Of a stretch of 64,000 nucleotides of DNA, positions 1-9,057 are shown piece by piece (position 1 is the stretch's first letter; every line of letters begins with the position of its first letter). Location: positions 124,001 through 188,000 of the IMG/VR virus record IMGVR_UViG_3300017971_000001; one strand, 5' to 3'. Position numbers and translations under genes: made by a program. The notes beneath the pieces are model-generated. The model did not search any database. It was not told where the DNA came from and worked only from the letters and a program-made list of their open reading frames with translations.

Positions 1-162
1 GCTTCAAGAGCCTCTCTGCCCAGGCCTCCCACGCCTCTTCGACCGTGGGGTAGAACTTCGTCGACGGGCTCGCGTTGGGAAACGTTTCCTTTTCCGACTC
101 CTCAAAAGGAACGAAACCCCCGGAGGCGGAATAGGTAATTGCCCAGCGACGGACCTTGCCGC

Positions 163-753
163 TCATGCTCCACCCACTCCACGCTCGATCCGAACGCAGT
201 TCCACTTGATCGAGGTGCGGTCGGAAAACGGGTTCGAGACGAGCTCGCTTCGATACACCCCGTTGTTGTCGAGCACGAGGCACGAGGCACCCGATCGAAC
301 GTTGAGGGCGTCTCGCTCGGCCAGGGTCTTGACGACCATGAAGGGATAGCCGGGGGGAGACGAGGACAGGCGGGCAACCGCATGCCAGCGGTGATCTTCG
401 CCGTAGCGGAACACGCGGCGTTGCTGCTGGGCGTAGATCGTCAGACCCGGCTCGCGGATCTCGCGCGGGACCGTGTGCAAACTGTCCGCGTCCGCGACCT
501 CCCGAAAGAGCGCGCGGAGCGAGGTCAGCTGCTCCTCGCTCAACGACCTTCCCTCCTGGCGCAGCCAGTTGATCTTGTCCCAGACCCCAGGAATGCGCCC
601 GTCCTGCTGAATCGTCAAGACGGCCTCGAGCAAGCGGTCGATCACCTCGCCGCCGTCATTGAGGCGCAGCAGCGACCAGTAGAGCTCTTCGGTGGCCTCG
701 TAGTCGCCCTCCTTGGCGGCGCGCTCGAGTCGCCGAATTCGCTCGTCGCTCAC
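163..753 (-). CDS. Hypothetical protein with N-terminal DERxRxLER module
   Basis: GTG at 753 overlaps the upstream stop; begins MSDERIRRLERAAKEGDYEATEELYWSLLRL. Confidence 0.7.
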   Translation of the reverse strand: MSDERIRRLERAAKEGDYEATEELYWSLLRLNDGGEVIDRLLEAVLTIQQDGRIPGVWDKINWLRQEGRSLSEEQLTSLRALFREVADADSLHTVPREIREPGLTIYAQQQRRVFRYGEDHRWHAVARLSSSPPGYPFMVVKTLAERDALNVRSGASCLVLDNNGVYRSELVSNPFSDRTSIKWNCVRIERGVGGA

Positions 754-1304
754 AGCAAGAGGAACCGCTTGACCGCTTCCGCGGCCTTCGCCCCTAACTC
801 CTGAGGCGTTCCGTCGTTGACGAGGACTTCGTGCCAGGGGTAGTCCTCGGGGATCATGTGATCGAGGGCCTGGGTCGAAGGTGCGTCGGGGCGGACGATC
901 TTCAACAAGAGGCCGCCACGCTCGCGAATGGCCTCGGCTTCGTTCACTCCACGGACGTCGGTGAAGATACAGAGCCCCTTGTCGGGCAGATCGTCGAGGG
1001 CCTGATCGCGCCATACGTGCTCGTGAATCTCGCGCCCCTTGCCGCCAACTTCGATCATGAGCTCGAGCGGCGTCTTACCGATCCCGGGGAGCGGCTTGGA
1101 TCGCTCTTCTCTGTGCTGCTCGTAGTAGTCCGGCGGCTGCATGCCGTAGCACTTGAACATGAGGTAGGTGATGTACTTCAGGTCGTAGGCGAACTTGCGC
1201 ACCTCGACGCTGATCCAGGGGAGGTAGGCGCGGATCCCGCGCGCGGCGGTGTCCTTGCCTACCCCCGTCTGGTGCCCCATTCCGATCAGGACGAGCTTGG
1301 ACAC
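750..1304 (-). CDS. Deoxynucleoside monophosphate kinase (phage T4 gp1-like)
   Basis: N-terminal P-loop GHQTGVGKDT, FAYDLK, TDVRGVNEAEAI and C-terminal NDGT motifs. Confidence 0.85.
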   Translation of the reverse strand: MSKLVLIGMGHQTGVGKDTAARGIRAYLPWISVEVRKFAYDLKYITYLMFKCYGMQPPDYYEQHREERSKPLPGIGKTPLELMIEVGGKGREIHEHVWRDQALDDLPDKGLCIFTDVRGVNEAEAIRERGGLLLKIVRPDAPSTQALDHMIPEDYPWHEVLVNDGTPQELGAKAAEAVKRFLLL

Positions 1305-1305
1305 G

Positions 1306-1743
1306 CTACCGCCGGGGCGTCTTGGGGAGGACGTCCTTCTCGCAGCCAGCGACCCGCTTCTTGGCGGGGTTCGCGACCTCGCACATGTAGTGGTAGCTGT
1401 CGGGGTCGTAGTTGGAGTGCTTCTTGAGCGCCGTCGAGAAGACCCCGTCGTAGTTCTCCTCGCCGTCCTGGAAGTTGTCGTAGACCGCGATCACGTTGGC
1501 GAGCGTCTTGCCGCCCTGACCAGGAATCCAGATCTGGTCGCCGACCTTGTAGAGGGGCTTGGGCTTCACCGGGCGGATCGGCTTGGGGGGCTTCGGAGGG
1601 CTGACCGGCTTCGGCAGATCGGCGACGGTGGGCGTCTCGGCCGCAGGAGCAGGGGCGTCCGCCGGAGCAGGAGGGGAAGCGTCGATCACCTCGCCCTCGA
1701 TCTCCTCGGGGTCAATGGGGGTCGGATCGTTTTCGTTCGTCAT
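1306..1743 (-). CDS. Hypothetical protein, Pro-rich linker plus SH3/KOW-like domain
   Basis: Probable start MTNEND; YKVGDQIWI motif. Confidence 0.55.
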   Translation of the reverse strand: MTNENDPTPIDPEEIEGEVIDASPPAPADAPAPAAETPTVADLPKPVSPPKPPKPIRPVKPKPLYKVGDQIWIPGQGGKTLANVIAVYDNFQDGEENYDGVFSTALKKHSNYDPDSYHYMCEVANPAKKRVAGCEKDVLPKTPRR

Positions 1744-1751
1744 GACGGGTC

Positions 1752-2099
1752 CTAGCAGTTGAATGTGCAGCTGGCACGGTTGGCGTTCCAGAGCATGCAC
1801 TTCTCGCGCACGCAGGGAACCTTGATCGTATCCGCTACGAGCGGCGGATTTGGGTTTTCCTTGGTCGGCTGGGTCTTGGCGTTGTAGCCGAGACCACCCT
1901 GAACCTCGTAGACCGGGACCTCGCGCCCGCCCGCCTGGGGTAGCTGGAGCGCCGACTTGAGATCCGCTGTGTTCAGCTGGGGCCCCATTTGTGCCATGCC
2001 GACGGGAGTAACCCGCACGGCCAGGGTTCTGGGGATCAGCTGCATTCCGGTCATGAAGGGACAGACCTTGACGTCCTCGGACTGATTTTCCTGGGTCAC
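1752..2099 (-). CDS. Hypothetical protein with paired Cys motifs
   Basis: CPFM ... CVREKCMLW; GAGGA RBS upstream. Confidence 0.55.
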   Translation of the reverse strand: MTQENQSEDVKVCPFMTGMQLIPRTLAVRVTPVGMAQMGPQLNTADLKSALQLPQAGGREVPVYEVQGGLGYNAKTQPTKENPNPPLVADTIKVPCVREKCMLWNANRASCTFNC

Positions 2100-2429
2100 G
2101 CGGATTCCTCTCGCACGACCCCTCCTGCTAGAGAACGACGGGGCCGTATCCGTTCATGACTTGGCAGAGCGCGAAGAGGTCTTGCTGGAGTCCGCCGCAG
2201 CGAGCTCGAGCTTGATCCGGCCCCGCATTGAGCTCGCGCTGGAGCTCAGCAAGCCACTTTCGATTGTCCGTCACTTGGTAGAACGGCCCGCCGCGGAAGA
2301 AACCGCTGCCGATCTGCTGTGACTTAGACACTTTGAGAGGCCAGGGCGCTTCTGGCAAGTCCTCGGGACGAAGTGAAAGTGCGTAGGACGCTGCGAGGGC
2401 GACTTGAGGGTCGCCCCAAGCATTGAGGC

Positions 2430-2801
2430 TCATTCCTCGTCCTCGTCGTCGAGGTCTTCGTCGTCGTCGAGATCCTCGTCGTCGTCGAGGTCTTCGTCGT
2501 CGTCGAGGTCTTCGTCGTCGTCGAGGTCTTCGTCGTCGAGGCCTTCGTCGTCGAGGCCCTCGTCCGGCTCGAGTTCCTCGTCCGGCTCGAGTTCCTCGGG
2601 GAAGAGGTCGATCGTGTTCCTGACGAGATCGAAGTCCTCGTCCTCGTCTTCGTCGAGCTCGTCCAGGTCGAGGAGCTCGTCCACGGCCGTCATGACTCGG
2701 TCGAGCAGCATGCGCCCCTTGCGGTCCAAGGACGAGTCCTCGAGAAACGTCTTCACGTCACTCAGGAGCTCAAGGGTCTGGTGCTCTTCAGGGCTCAACA
2801 T
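2430..2801 (-). CDS. Highly acidic protein with DDDEDL tandem repeats
   Basis: C-terminal half almost entirely D/E/L, encoded by 15-18 bp tandem repeats. Confidence 0.75.
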   Translation of the reverse strand: MLSPEEHQTLELLSDVKTFLEDSSLDRKGRMLLDRVMTAVDELLDLDELDEDEDEDFDLVRNTIDLFPEELEPDEELEPDEGLDDEGLDDEDLDDDEDLDDDEDLDDDEDLDDDEDLDDEDEE

Positions 2802-3442
2802 GAGCTCTCCACTCGGCTGTAGCCGCGCTTGGTGCCGTTGAATCGGCTCAGCTTGGCGTAGAAATATTCGCGCTGGTTGGGGTGCGGGTCTTTGATCTTG
2901 CAGCGAGCTCGACCATGGGGGCCGTAGTCTTCTTCGACCTCAATGACTTCGAATGTGCGCTTGCCAAAGGTCTGGCGCGGATCGTTGTCGATCCATACTT
3001 GACCCTTGCTCACTTGGTGCGGATTCTTGCTCACAGCGACCCCGATCGATCTACCCAGTATATGCCTGCCGTCTTGGCTTTGGAGGTCAGCCGATCGCCT
3101 TCAGCAAGATCAAGTGAAAGCGGGCGTCGCCCTTGTGAGCCTTGTCGTGATCTTGGAACGTCTGCAGGAGCCGCTCCGAAGCGTCGCGGAAATCCTTCTC
3201 GCGATCCCTGGCAGCCCAGACGCGGAGGGCGTGCTTGTTGAAGGTCTCGGTCGCGATCTCGAAGGCGCCAGTGGGCACCGAGCGCTTCTTGCAGTTATCG
3301 AGGTAGCGGATAATCTTCCGCGCCTCGCCCAACTGATCGCGCATGTCCCTGCGCCCGCACGTGTCGGCGAGCAGGCGCAGGGACTTGATCGCTGCCTCAA
3401 CGAGATAGCGAGGGACCGCAACCTCGTTCGGCTCCTGACCCA

Positions 3443-3841
3443 CTAGAAGCCAGCGGCAGCGGCGGCGGCCTCCTGCTGAGCCGGAACCGAGGGCTCAGTC
3501 GAGACAGGATCCGACGGAGCGGTCGGAGCGGTCGGGGACTTCGTCGCCTGGGGATCCGAATCGCCGGGAGGAGTCGCGAGCGCCTCCTCGTCCGAGAAGA
3601 CCGCGGCCATGTTGATCTTGTTGCGCCCGCTCGCGATCACGCGACCGACCACGTCGTTGACCGTGGGAGGGTTGACGGTGTCGATCGCCTTGGGGAGTCC
3701 GGTCTCGATCAGATCGATCACGCCAGTGAAGAACTGGACCGAAGCGGTCTTGATCTCAGGGGGCTGGCTGCCCTCCTCGAGAATCTTGATCTGCTTCTGG
3801 AGGTTCTTGATCGCGAGCTTGAAAGGGGGAGTCTTGGCCAT
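3443..3841 (-). CDS. Hypothetical protein
   Basis: AAGGAG RBS; stop abuts the next start. Confidence 0.6.
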   Translation of the reverse strand: MAKTPPFKLAIKNLQKQIKILEEGSQPPEIKTASVQFFTGVIDLIETGLPKAIDTVNPPTVNDVVGRVIASGRNKINMAAVFSDEEALATPPGDSDPQATKSPTAPTAPSDPVSTEPSVPAQQEAAAAAAGF

Positions 3842-3996
3842 GTGTTTGTTCTCCTTGCGCGGCGGAACTGCCGTCGCGAAGAGAAACTAACAAGCCGATC
3901 CGACAACAACCAAAAAGAATCGGCGCGGAGGTCGTGTCCCCGCGCCGATTCAATTCACCCAGATAGCCCAACCCACCGCACCAAGCGGAGAGTCCA

Positions 3997-4068
3997 AGCG
4001 GGCGGCGGGGATCGAACCCGCGACGAACGGGTTGGAAACCCGACGCTCTACCGCTGAGCTACGCCCGC
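3997..4068 (-). tRNA. tRNA-Gly (TCC)
   Basis: GCGGGCG/CGCCCGC acceptor, GCTC/GAGC D arm, loop TT-TCC-AA, TTCGATC T loop, U discriminator; CCA not encoded. Confidence 0.93.
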
Positions 4069-4148
4069 GTTTTCAGCTGCGACACCCCACCCTCCGTGCC
4101 GCCTCACCCCGTGTCGACGAGGTCCCTGTATCTACCACTCCTGGTCAA

Positions 4149-4557
4149 TGGAGGTGCCGGGAGTCGAACCCGGGTCCGCGATAGCCTCCGACCGCGCGCT
4201 CTACGTGTGTATCCGTCTGTTTGATTTCGCTGCCCGAGCTCGAAACGGCACGATCTCGGTCAGCTATCCGTCGATTTTGCTTCGGATCGAGCTAGGCGGA
4301 CTCGCTCGAATTCCTAGTCCGTCTTTTGGCCCCGGACCCCTTCCTCACGGACGGGATGTCAGGCCGGGGTGGTCGAGCTAAGCGACCAGGGCGGGCTTGG
4401 CGGCGCCGTCGATCCACGCGTGGATCTGGGCGTCGGTCAGGCCCTGCTCGTTGCTGTTGGCAAATGAGCTTTTTGATCGGCTTTTAACGCAGCCAACCGA
4501 TCAACTGCGACACGCACGCACGACTTCGTCTAGCACGTCGAAACCAAGGTCACCCCC
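4149..4557 (-). ncRNA. ssrA: tmRNA
   Basis: 5' GGGGGTGACCTTGGTTTCGAC and 3' CCGGGTTCGACTCCCGGCACCTCCA with G3:U pair; tag frame 4461-4378 reads ANSNEQGLTDAQIHAWIDGAAKPALVA*. Confidence 0.95.
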
Positions 4558-4570
4558 TTGTTGTGGAGGA

Positions 4571-4599
4571 AGACTACCAAGGCGGGCCTGCGTGGTCAA
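4571..4599 (-). promoter_or_regulatory. Sigma70-type promoter for tmRNA
   Basis: TTGACC-N17-TAGTCT ending 13 nt before the tmRNA 5' end. Confidence 0.7.
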
Positions 4600-4604
4600 G
4601 AAAA

Positions 4605-5834
4605 TCACAACCCTAGATTTGCCAGGATCATGTTCAGCGCCGACTCGTTTTCGGCGGTCCCGACGAACACGTCCGGCTCGTCCGGGTTGAATGTCGTTCC
4701 CAAGTGGACCGAGTACGGCTCGGCGCCCTGGACCCACTCCTCGGAATCAGCCTGGTTCAACGCCATGCACCGGACGATCACAGCTACCTCCTCGTCCGGC
4801 CAGAGCGGGTTCCCCGCTTCGTCGAGCTCGAAGTTGATCCCGCTCGGATCCCACTCGATCCTCAGGTTCGGAGGCCTCCCGACGGGAAGCACAGCCGTCG
4901 CCCAAGGATCAAGGTTGCTGCTTTCGTCTTCGAACCCGAACTCTCGCAGGAGGTGGGGGAACGGAACCAAGGGCTGGTAGTCGAACCCATGAAGCGGGAG
5001 CACGCTGTGGTCGCGGCCGGGATCGGCCGTTCTCATGCTCGAGTCGACGTAGTCGACCGCTCGACGCTGATCGCGCTCGATAGGGATCCAGGCCCGATAG
5101 AACAGCGGCTGCATGATCTCCTGATAGGCGTAATCCGGATCCTCGTCGACCGCGAACCCCTCCTCGGTTGCGAGGTAGTCAACGAACCAGTTCACCGGAA
5201 ACAGAGCGCGTGGGTAGTGCCCCAGGTCCATGTGCCAGGCCATGACGCCCAGTAGGCGAGGTCCAGGCTCGACGAGCGCTCGGGCCGCGGCGAGCAGGTA
5301 TTCGACCTGATCTTCACCCCGGATCATGCGATTGACCGCGGGTGGCATGCGAAACTCGCCCTCACCGTATAGGTAAACCTTTCCACCGCGGCCGCCGAAG
5401 TTCCACGGCCTCCTTTCCGCAGGAAGATCGAGCCAGGAAGCGTCGAGGGTAGCGAAGCAGGCGACCTGGTCCTCCCCTTCGACGTCCGACCAATCCACCG
5501 GTCGATCGCTCAGCAAATCAGGCCAGCCGATCAGCAGCAGCGCGTCACCAGGCAACAACCTGCCGAGAATGAAGTTCGGGGCCTTGGGGTAGGGAACCAG
5601 GAACCAGTCCGAACCGAGCTCCTGAGCGGCGAGCACGAAAGGTTCGAAGGCCTCGTCGACCTGGCCCGCGCGCAGGAGCGCGGTGGCGTAGGCGAGCACG
5701 TCTTCGCTCGAGCCGGTCTCCTCGGCGCGGCGCTCAAGGTCTCGGAGGCGTCCTGCTGGGTTTCGCTTCACCGAATCGTGTCCGCTGCGCTCACGCCAGC
5801 GCCGGCCCTCGTCGCTGTTGCGTCGGTATCTCAT
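4605..5834 (-). CDS. NP/DER-module protein
   Basis: ATG 5834 overlaps the upstream TGA; KRNPAGRLRDLERRAEETGSSEDVLAYATALLRAG near the N-terminus. Confidence 0.7.
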   Translation of the reverse strand: MRYRRNSDEGRRWRERSGHDSVKRNPAGRLRDLERRAEETGSSEDVLAYATALLRAGQVDEAFEPFVLAAQELGSDWFLVPYPKAPNFILGRLLPGDALLLIGWPDLLSDRPVDWSDVEGEDQVACFATLDASWLDLPAERRPWNFGGRGGKVYLYGEGEFRMPPAVNRMIRGEDQVEYLLAAARALVEPGPRLLGVMAWHMDLGHYPRALFPVNWFVDYLATEEGFAVDEDPDYAYQEIMQPLFYRAWIPIERDQRRAVDYVDSSMRTADPGRDHSVLPLHGFDYQPLVPFPHLLREFGFEDESSNLDPWATAVLPVGRPPNLRIEWDPSGINFELDEAGNPLWPDEEVAVIVRCMALNQADSEEWVQGAEPYSVHLGTTFNPDEPDVFVGTAENESALNMILANLGL

Positions 5835-6325
5835 TCGAACTCCACGTCCCCCTGGAGTCGCCAGGTAGCACCGCAGTCCGAACACGAAAGGAGGTTTGTC
5901 CAACCTCCCGTAATGTCGTGGTCCTCGTAACCGATCGTCGCGCGGTCCTCGTAGATCGTAGGAGAGGAAACGATTCCGTAGTTGTTCTCGAGCGTAAAGT
6001 ATGTATCTCCGCTGGAGTGGTAGTAATCGGGGTCGTCTTCGTCTCGCCAAAACTGAAACGCGGCGTGACCCCTCGGGCAGACGAGGTTGTTCTCCCAGTC
6101 AGGGAACCAGTTTCCGTTGCGGCGCTCCCACCGAATGAGGTGCTCTTCGTCGCTGACGTAATTGGGCAGCGCGTCCATGACCGCCCGGTAAAGCGCGACC
6201 TGGTCTTCGAGCGAGAGCGCTTCGATCATGCCCTGCCGAAGCCGCAGCGCGATCAACGACGTCCGGGCGTCCAGGTCACCCTGGCCGGCGCGGCGCTCGA
6301 GCTCGCGGGCGCGCGGGTCAGTCAC
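5831..6325 (-). CDS. DER-module protein with C-terminal Cys motifs
   Basis: MTDPRARELERRAGQGDLDARTSLIALRLRQG; CPRGH and CSDC. Confidence 0.7.
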   Translation of the reverse strand: MTDPRARELERRAGQGDLDARTSLIALRLRQGMIEALSLEDQVALYRAVMDALPNYVSDEEHLIRWERRNGNWFPDWENNLVCPRGHAAFQFWRDEDDPDYYHSSGDTYFTLENNYGIVSSPTIYEDRATIGYEDHDITGGWTNLLSCSDCGATWRLQGDVEFE

Positions 6326-6711
6326 TCAGACCCTTCGATCCATACACCAGATCGAAGATCCTCCGGCATGAGCTCGCCGCGATCGACCAATTCCTTGGCA
6401 GCTTCAAAGACGTAGCTCGGAGAGGCGTGCCCGCCAGTCAACCGCTTCTCCAAAAGAATCTCGTAGTGGAAGTCATAGAGCTCGTCGTCTGCGTGTTCAA
6501 CCGAAGTGATAAACCCAGCGTCTTCTAGATTATTCAACTCCTCTCTCCACCTCTCGATTGAACCCTCGAACGTGCGAAGGTCGCCGTCATGGTCGTAAAA
6601 CTCAACCCGGACCACAGCTTCGACCCCCAGGCTCGCAAGGAACTCGCGCTGCAGGCCGGGTGTGTTGCGCAGGATAGCTGACGCGCGAGCGAGGATTTCG
6701 TCCGGGCTCAC
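6322..6711 (-). CDS. Hypothetical protein
   Basis: GTGA-coupled on both sides. Confidence 0.6.
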   Translation of the reverse strand: MSPDEILARASAILRNTPGLQREFLASLGVEAVVRVEFYDHDGDLRTFEGSIERWREELNNLEDAGFITSVEHADDELYDFHYEILLEKRLTGGHASPSYVFEAAKELVDRGELMPEDLRSGVWIEGSE

Positions 6712-7046
6712 TCGAGGAACTCCTCGATCTTGTAGCCCACGTAGGTCGAGACCATGTCGGTCAGCACGTTCGCCGCAGACTCAGGGCTCCCCCAGAGCAG
6801 GTCCGGCCGCGTTACCCGCACGCCGAACTCAACCGCCTCGTTGAGCGTGGTCAAGACCAAAACCTCATGCTCCGTGACGCCCATGCGCCGGCCGATCATG
6901 CCCCAGATCACATGCGTCGCCGTCCAGCCGTCCACGGCCTTACCGGGACGCTCTTCCTTCCAGCGCCTCCAGGGGCCGTCGATTGCGTGCAACGCCGCCA
7001 CGTAAGCTGCGTAGAGGGCGCAGTAAGCAATAAGGTTCTTGGACAC
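6708..7046 (-). CDS. Small membrane protein
   Basis: Hydrophobic N-terminus; DGWTATH and E...E-S..N...D pattern. Confidence 0.55.
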   Translation of the reverse strand: MSKNLIAYCALYAAYVAALHAIDGPWRRWKEERPGKAVDGWTATHVIWGMIGRRMGVTEHEVLVLTTLNEAVEFGVRVTRPDLLWGSPESAANVLTDMVSTYVGYKIEEFLE

Positions 7047-7050
7047 AGGA

Positions 7051-7383
7051 CTAGGCGATCTTCTTGATCTTGCGGTAGATGTACGTGCCCGTCAGCCCGA
7101 GCGCCATGCCCGCCACGCCGATCGCAAGGATCCGCGAAAGAGGGCCAGGCTCGCCGTAGGGCGCGACCGTCACCGTGCCCGCGATCGTGTTCACGTCGAA
7201 GGTCGGCTTGAGCGCAGCCAGGAAGAACTCACCGATTCCGGGAGTGCGACTGCTCTGGCCGGTCAGATCGGCTCCGGTGTAGGTGACCGAAGGACTCAAC
7301 GTTGAGCGGAAGGTGACGGAACGGATCGGGTTCGCCGCGGCACCGCTGATCGCGCTCGAGACAACGCGGGTAAGGTCAGACAT
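7051..7383 (-). CDS. C-terminally membrane-anchored protein
   Basis: AGGAG RBS; ILAIGVAGMALGLTGTYIY followed by basic tail. Confidence 0.6.
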   Translation of the reverse strand: MSDLTRVVSSAISGAAANPIRSVTFRSTLSPSVTYTGADLTGQSSRTPGIGEFFLAALKPTFDVNTIAGTVTVAPYGEPGPLSRILAIGVAGMALGLTGTYIYRKIKKIA

Positions 7384-7442
7384 AGCTTGACTCCTCTTTC
7401 CTTCAGTTTAGCGGAGTTACAGGGGCCTGCCGTACAGCAGAC

Positions 7443-7465
7443 GACCCCCGGACGAACCGGGGGTC
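7443..7465. terminator. GC-rich hairpin after 7488-7967, possible terminator
   Basis: GACCCCCGG-ACGAA-CCGGGGGTC; no clear U tract. Confidence 0.4.
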
Positions 7466-7487
7466 TACTGTCGATCCGGGGGCTGCG

Positions 7488-7967
7488 TTACGACGTCGGG
7501 GGGCGGAACTTCTTCTTCTCGCCCTTGGGCTTGGTCCCGCGGACCTGCTCCTTGAAGTTCTCGGCCTGAATGGCGGAGACCTCCTCCTCGAACAGCTGGG
7601 CCTGCGCGGCCTGAAGTTGCTGCTGAGCGGCGAAGAGGTTCTCGGACGCGTCGAGCAAGGCGTCCATGCGCTCCACGATTCCGTCGAAGGCCTCGATCTC
7701 GGGGACGTTGAGGTTTTCGCCCCAGCCGAAGCTACGGACCTCCTTCGAGTCCACCACGACCTTGTTCAGCACGAAGGCCGCGCCGGTCTCCTTGGCCTGG
7801 CAGAACTTCGTGAAGACCTCGTCATGAGTCGGGCCGTCGTCGGGGTGCTCGATCGTCTGAAAGCGACCGTCCTTGAACATGATCGCCCAGAAGTTGTCGT
7901 CCCCGTCGGAGTCGGAGTCGTCTTCGTCAATGTCCGGCAGAGCCGGGTCCAGCACTTCGGTCGTCAT
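7488..7967 (-). CDS. Acidic hypothetical protein with coiled coil
   Basis: GAGGAG RBS; plausible composition. Confidence 0.6.
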   Translation of the reverse strand: MTTEVLDPALPDIDEDDSDSDGDDNFWAIMFKDGRFQTIEHPDDGPTHDEVFTKFCQAKETGAAFVLNKVVVDSKEVRSFGWGENLNVPEIEAFDGIVERMDALLDASENLFAAQQQLQAAQAQLFEEEVSAIQAENFKEQVRGTKPKGEKKKFRPPTS

Positions 7968-7977
7968 TCTCTTCTCC

Positions 7978-9003
7978 TCAGAGATCGGGGGTTTGGGTCG
8001 GACTGCTCAGGTCCGGGGTTTGAGAGGCGCCCAGATCCGAATTGATCGAGACCTGCGGCCGCGCCTTGAATTCCTTCTGGGCCCAGTCAGGCGCCTCGCG
8101 GCGCAGTTCCTCGCCGGCATACTGCAGGACGTGAAGCTTCTGCTGGAGCTCAGGGACCTGGTCGCAGTACTCGAGCATGCGCTGCAGGCCCTCGTAGGTC
8201 AGCTTGAAGCCGATCGTGAATCCTGCCTCGTCTTCCCAGACCAGGTCAGACATTTCCCGGTCGTTGGGGTTGATCGGGCGCTTGTCGAAATACCCCCGCT
8301 CGGCGAGTTCGTGGATCTTGCGCTTGATCTGGAACGCGTTGGCCTCGACGGCCTCGAACTCTTCGGGCTTCCAGTTGGGCTTGCTGCCCTTCCCTCCACA
8401 GACGCCGCAGGTCACCAGAATCGGATTCCCCTTAAACAGAGTCTGGACCTTGCCGCGCCCCTGGCAGTCGGGGCAGGGGATCTCCTTCGGCTTGTAGGCG
8501 AGGGCCTGCCAGTGCTCGAGCTCGTTCCCCCAAGTCTCGCTGTTCTCGTCCATGGGGCACGGCGGCAACCAGGTCGTCGTGGCCGCAGCCAGATCCTCGG
8601 GGGGAATGATCGCGCCCAGGCACAGCTGGGCGCCGCTGACGATCCCACGGCCCGAGGCGAGGTCGTTCGCCGTCTGGGGGAGTCCAGTCCCGGCGTGCAG
8701 GACGCCGGAGAGGTCCGCGTCGGCGGCCACCTGTCCGCGGAGATCGTCCGTGATCCCCTTGTAGTGGTCCTCCTGCTTGCTCGTCGTGAACCAGCGGCTG
8801 ACCTGCTTCTGGACCTTGGACCAGAGTCCGATCTGCTGCTCCTCGCGTTGCCGGAGCTCGTGGCGCTCCTCTTCGCTCAGCGTGTCGCCGGGCTCGGATC
8901 GAATCGGCGCCGTGCGGCGGTCGCGGCTGTGATACAGCTGCCAGTAGAAGGCCCAGACCGCGCGCTCGGCGTCGTCGGGGCTCATATAGCCTTCGCGGCT
9001 CAT
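7978..9003 (-). CDS. Hypothetical protein with DnaJ-type Zn finger
   Basis: CPDCQGRG and CGVCGGKG. Confidence 0.65.
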   Translation of the reverse strand: MSREGYMSPDDAERAVWAFYWQLYHSRDRRTAPIRSEPGDTLSEEERHELRQREEQQIGLWSKVQKQVSRWFTTSKQEDHYKGITDDLRGQVAADADLSGVLHAGTGLPQTANDLASGRGIVSGAQLCLGAIIPPEDLAAATTTWLPPCPMDENSETWGNELEHWQALAYKPKEIPCPDCQGRGKVQTLFKGNPILVTCGVCGGKGSKPNWKPEEFEAVEANAFQIKRKIHELAERGYFDKRPINPNDREMSDLVWEDEAGFTIGFKLTYEGLQRMLEYCDQVPELQQKLHVLQYAGEELRREAPDWAQKEFKARPQVSINSDLGASQTPDLSSPTQTPDL

Positions 9004-9057
9004 AGTGGAACTCCTCGCACTAACAAGTAGTGAAGCACGAGAAGCAAGTCTGTCCAG

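Noticed and set aside
2404-2841. Ser-rich plus-strand ORF
   Set aside because: Antisense reading of the acidic repeat gene.
4148-4690. ORFs overlapping the tmRNA
   Set aside because: The region is explained by ssrA and its promoter.
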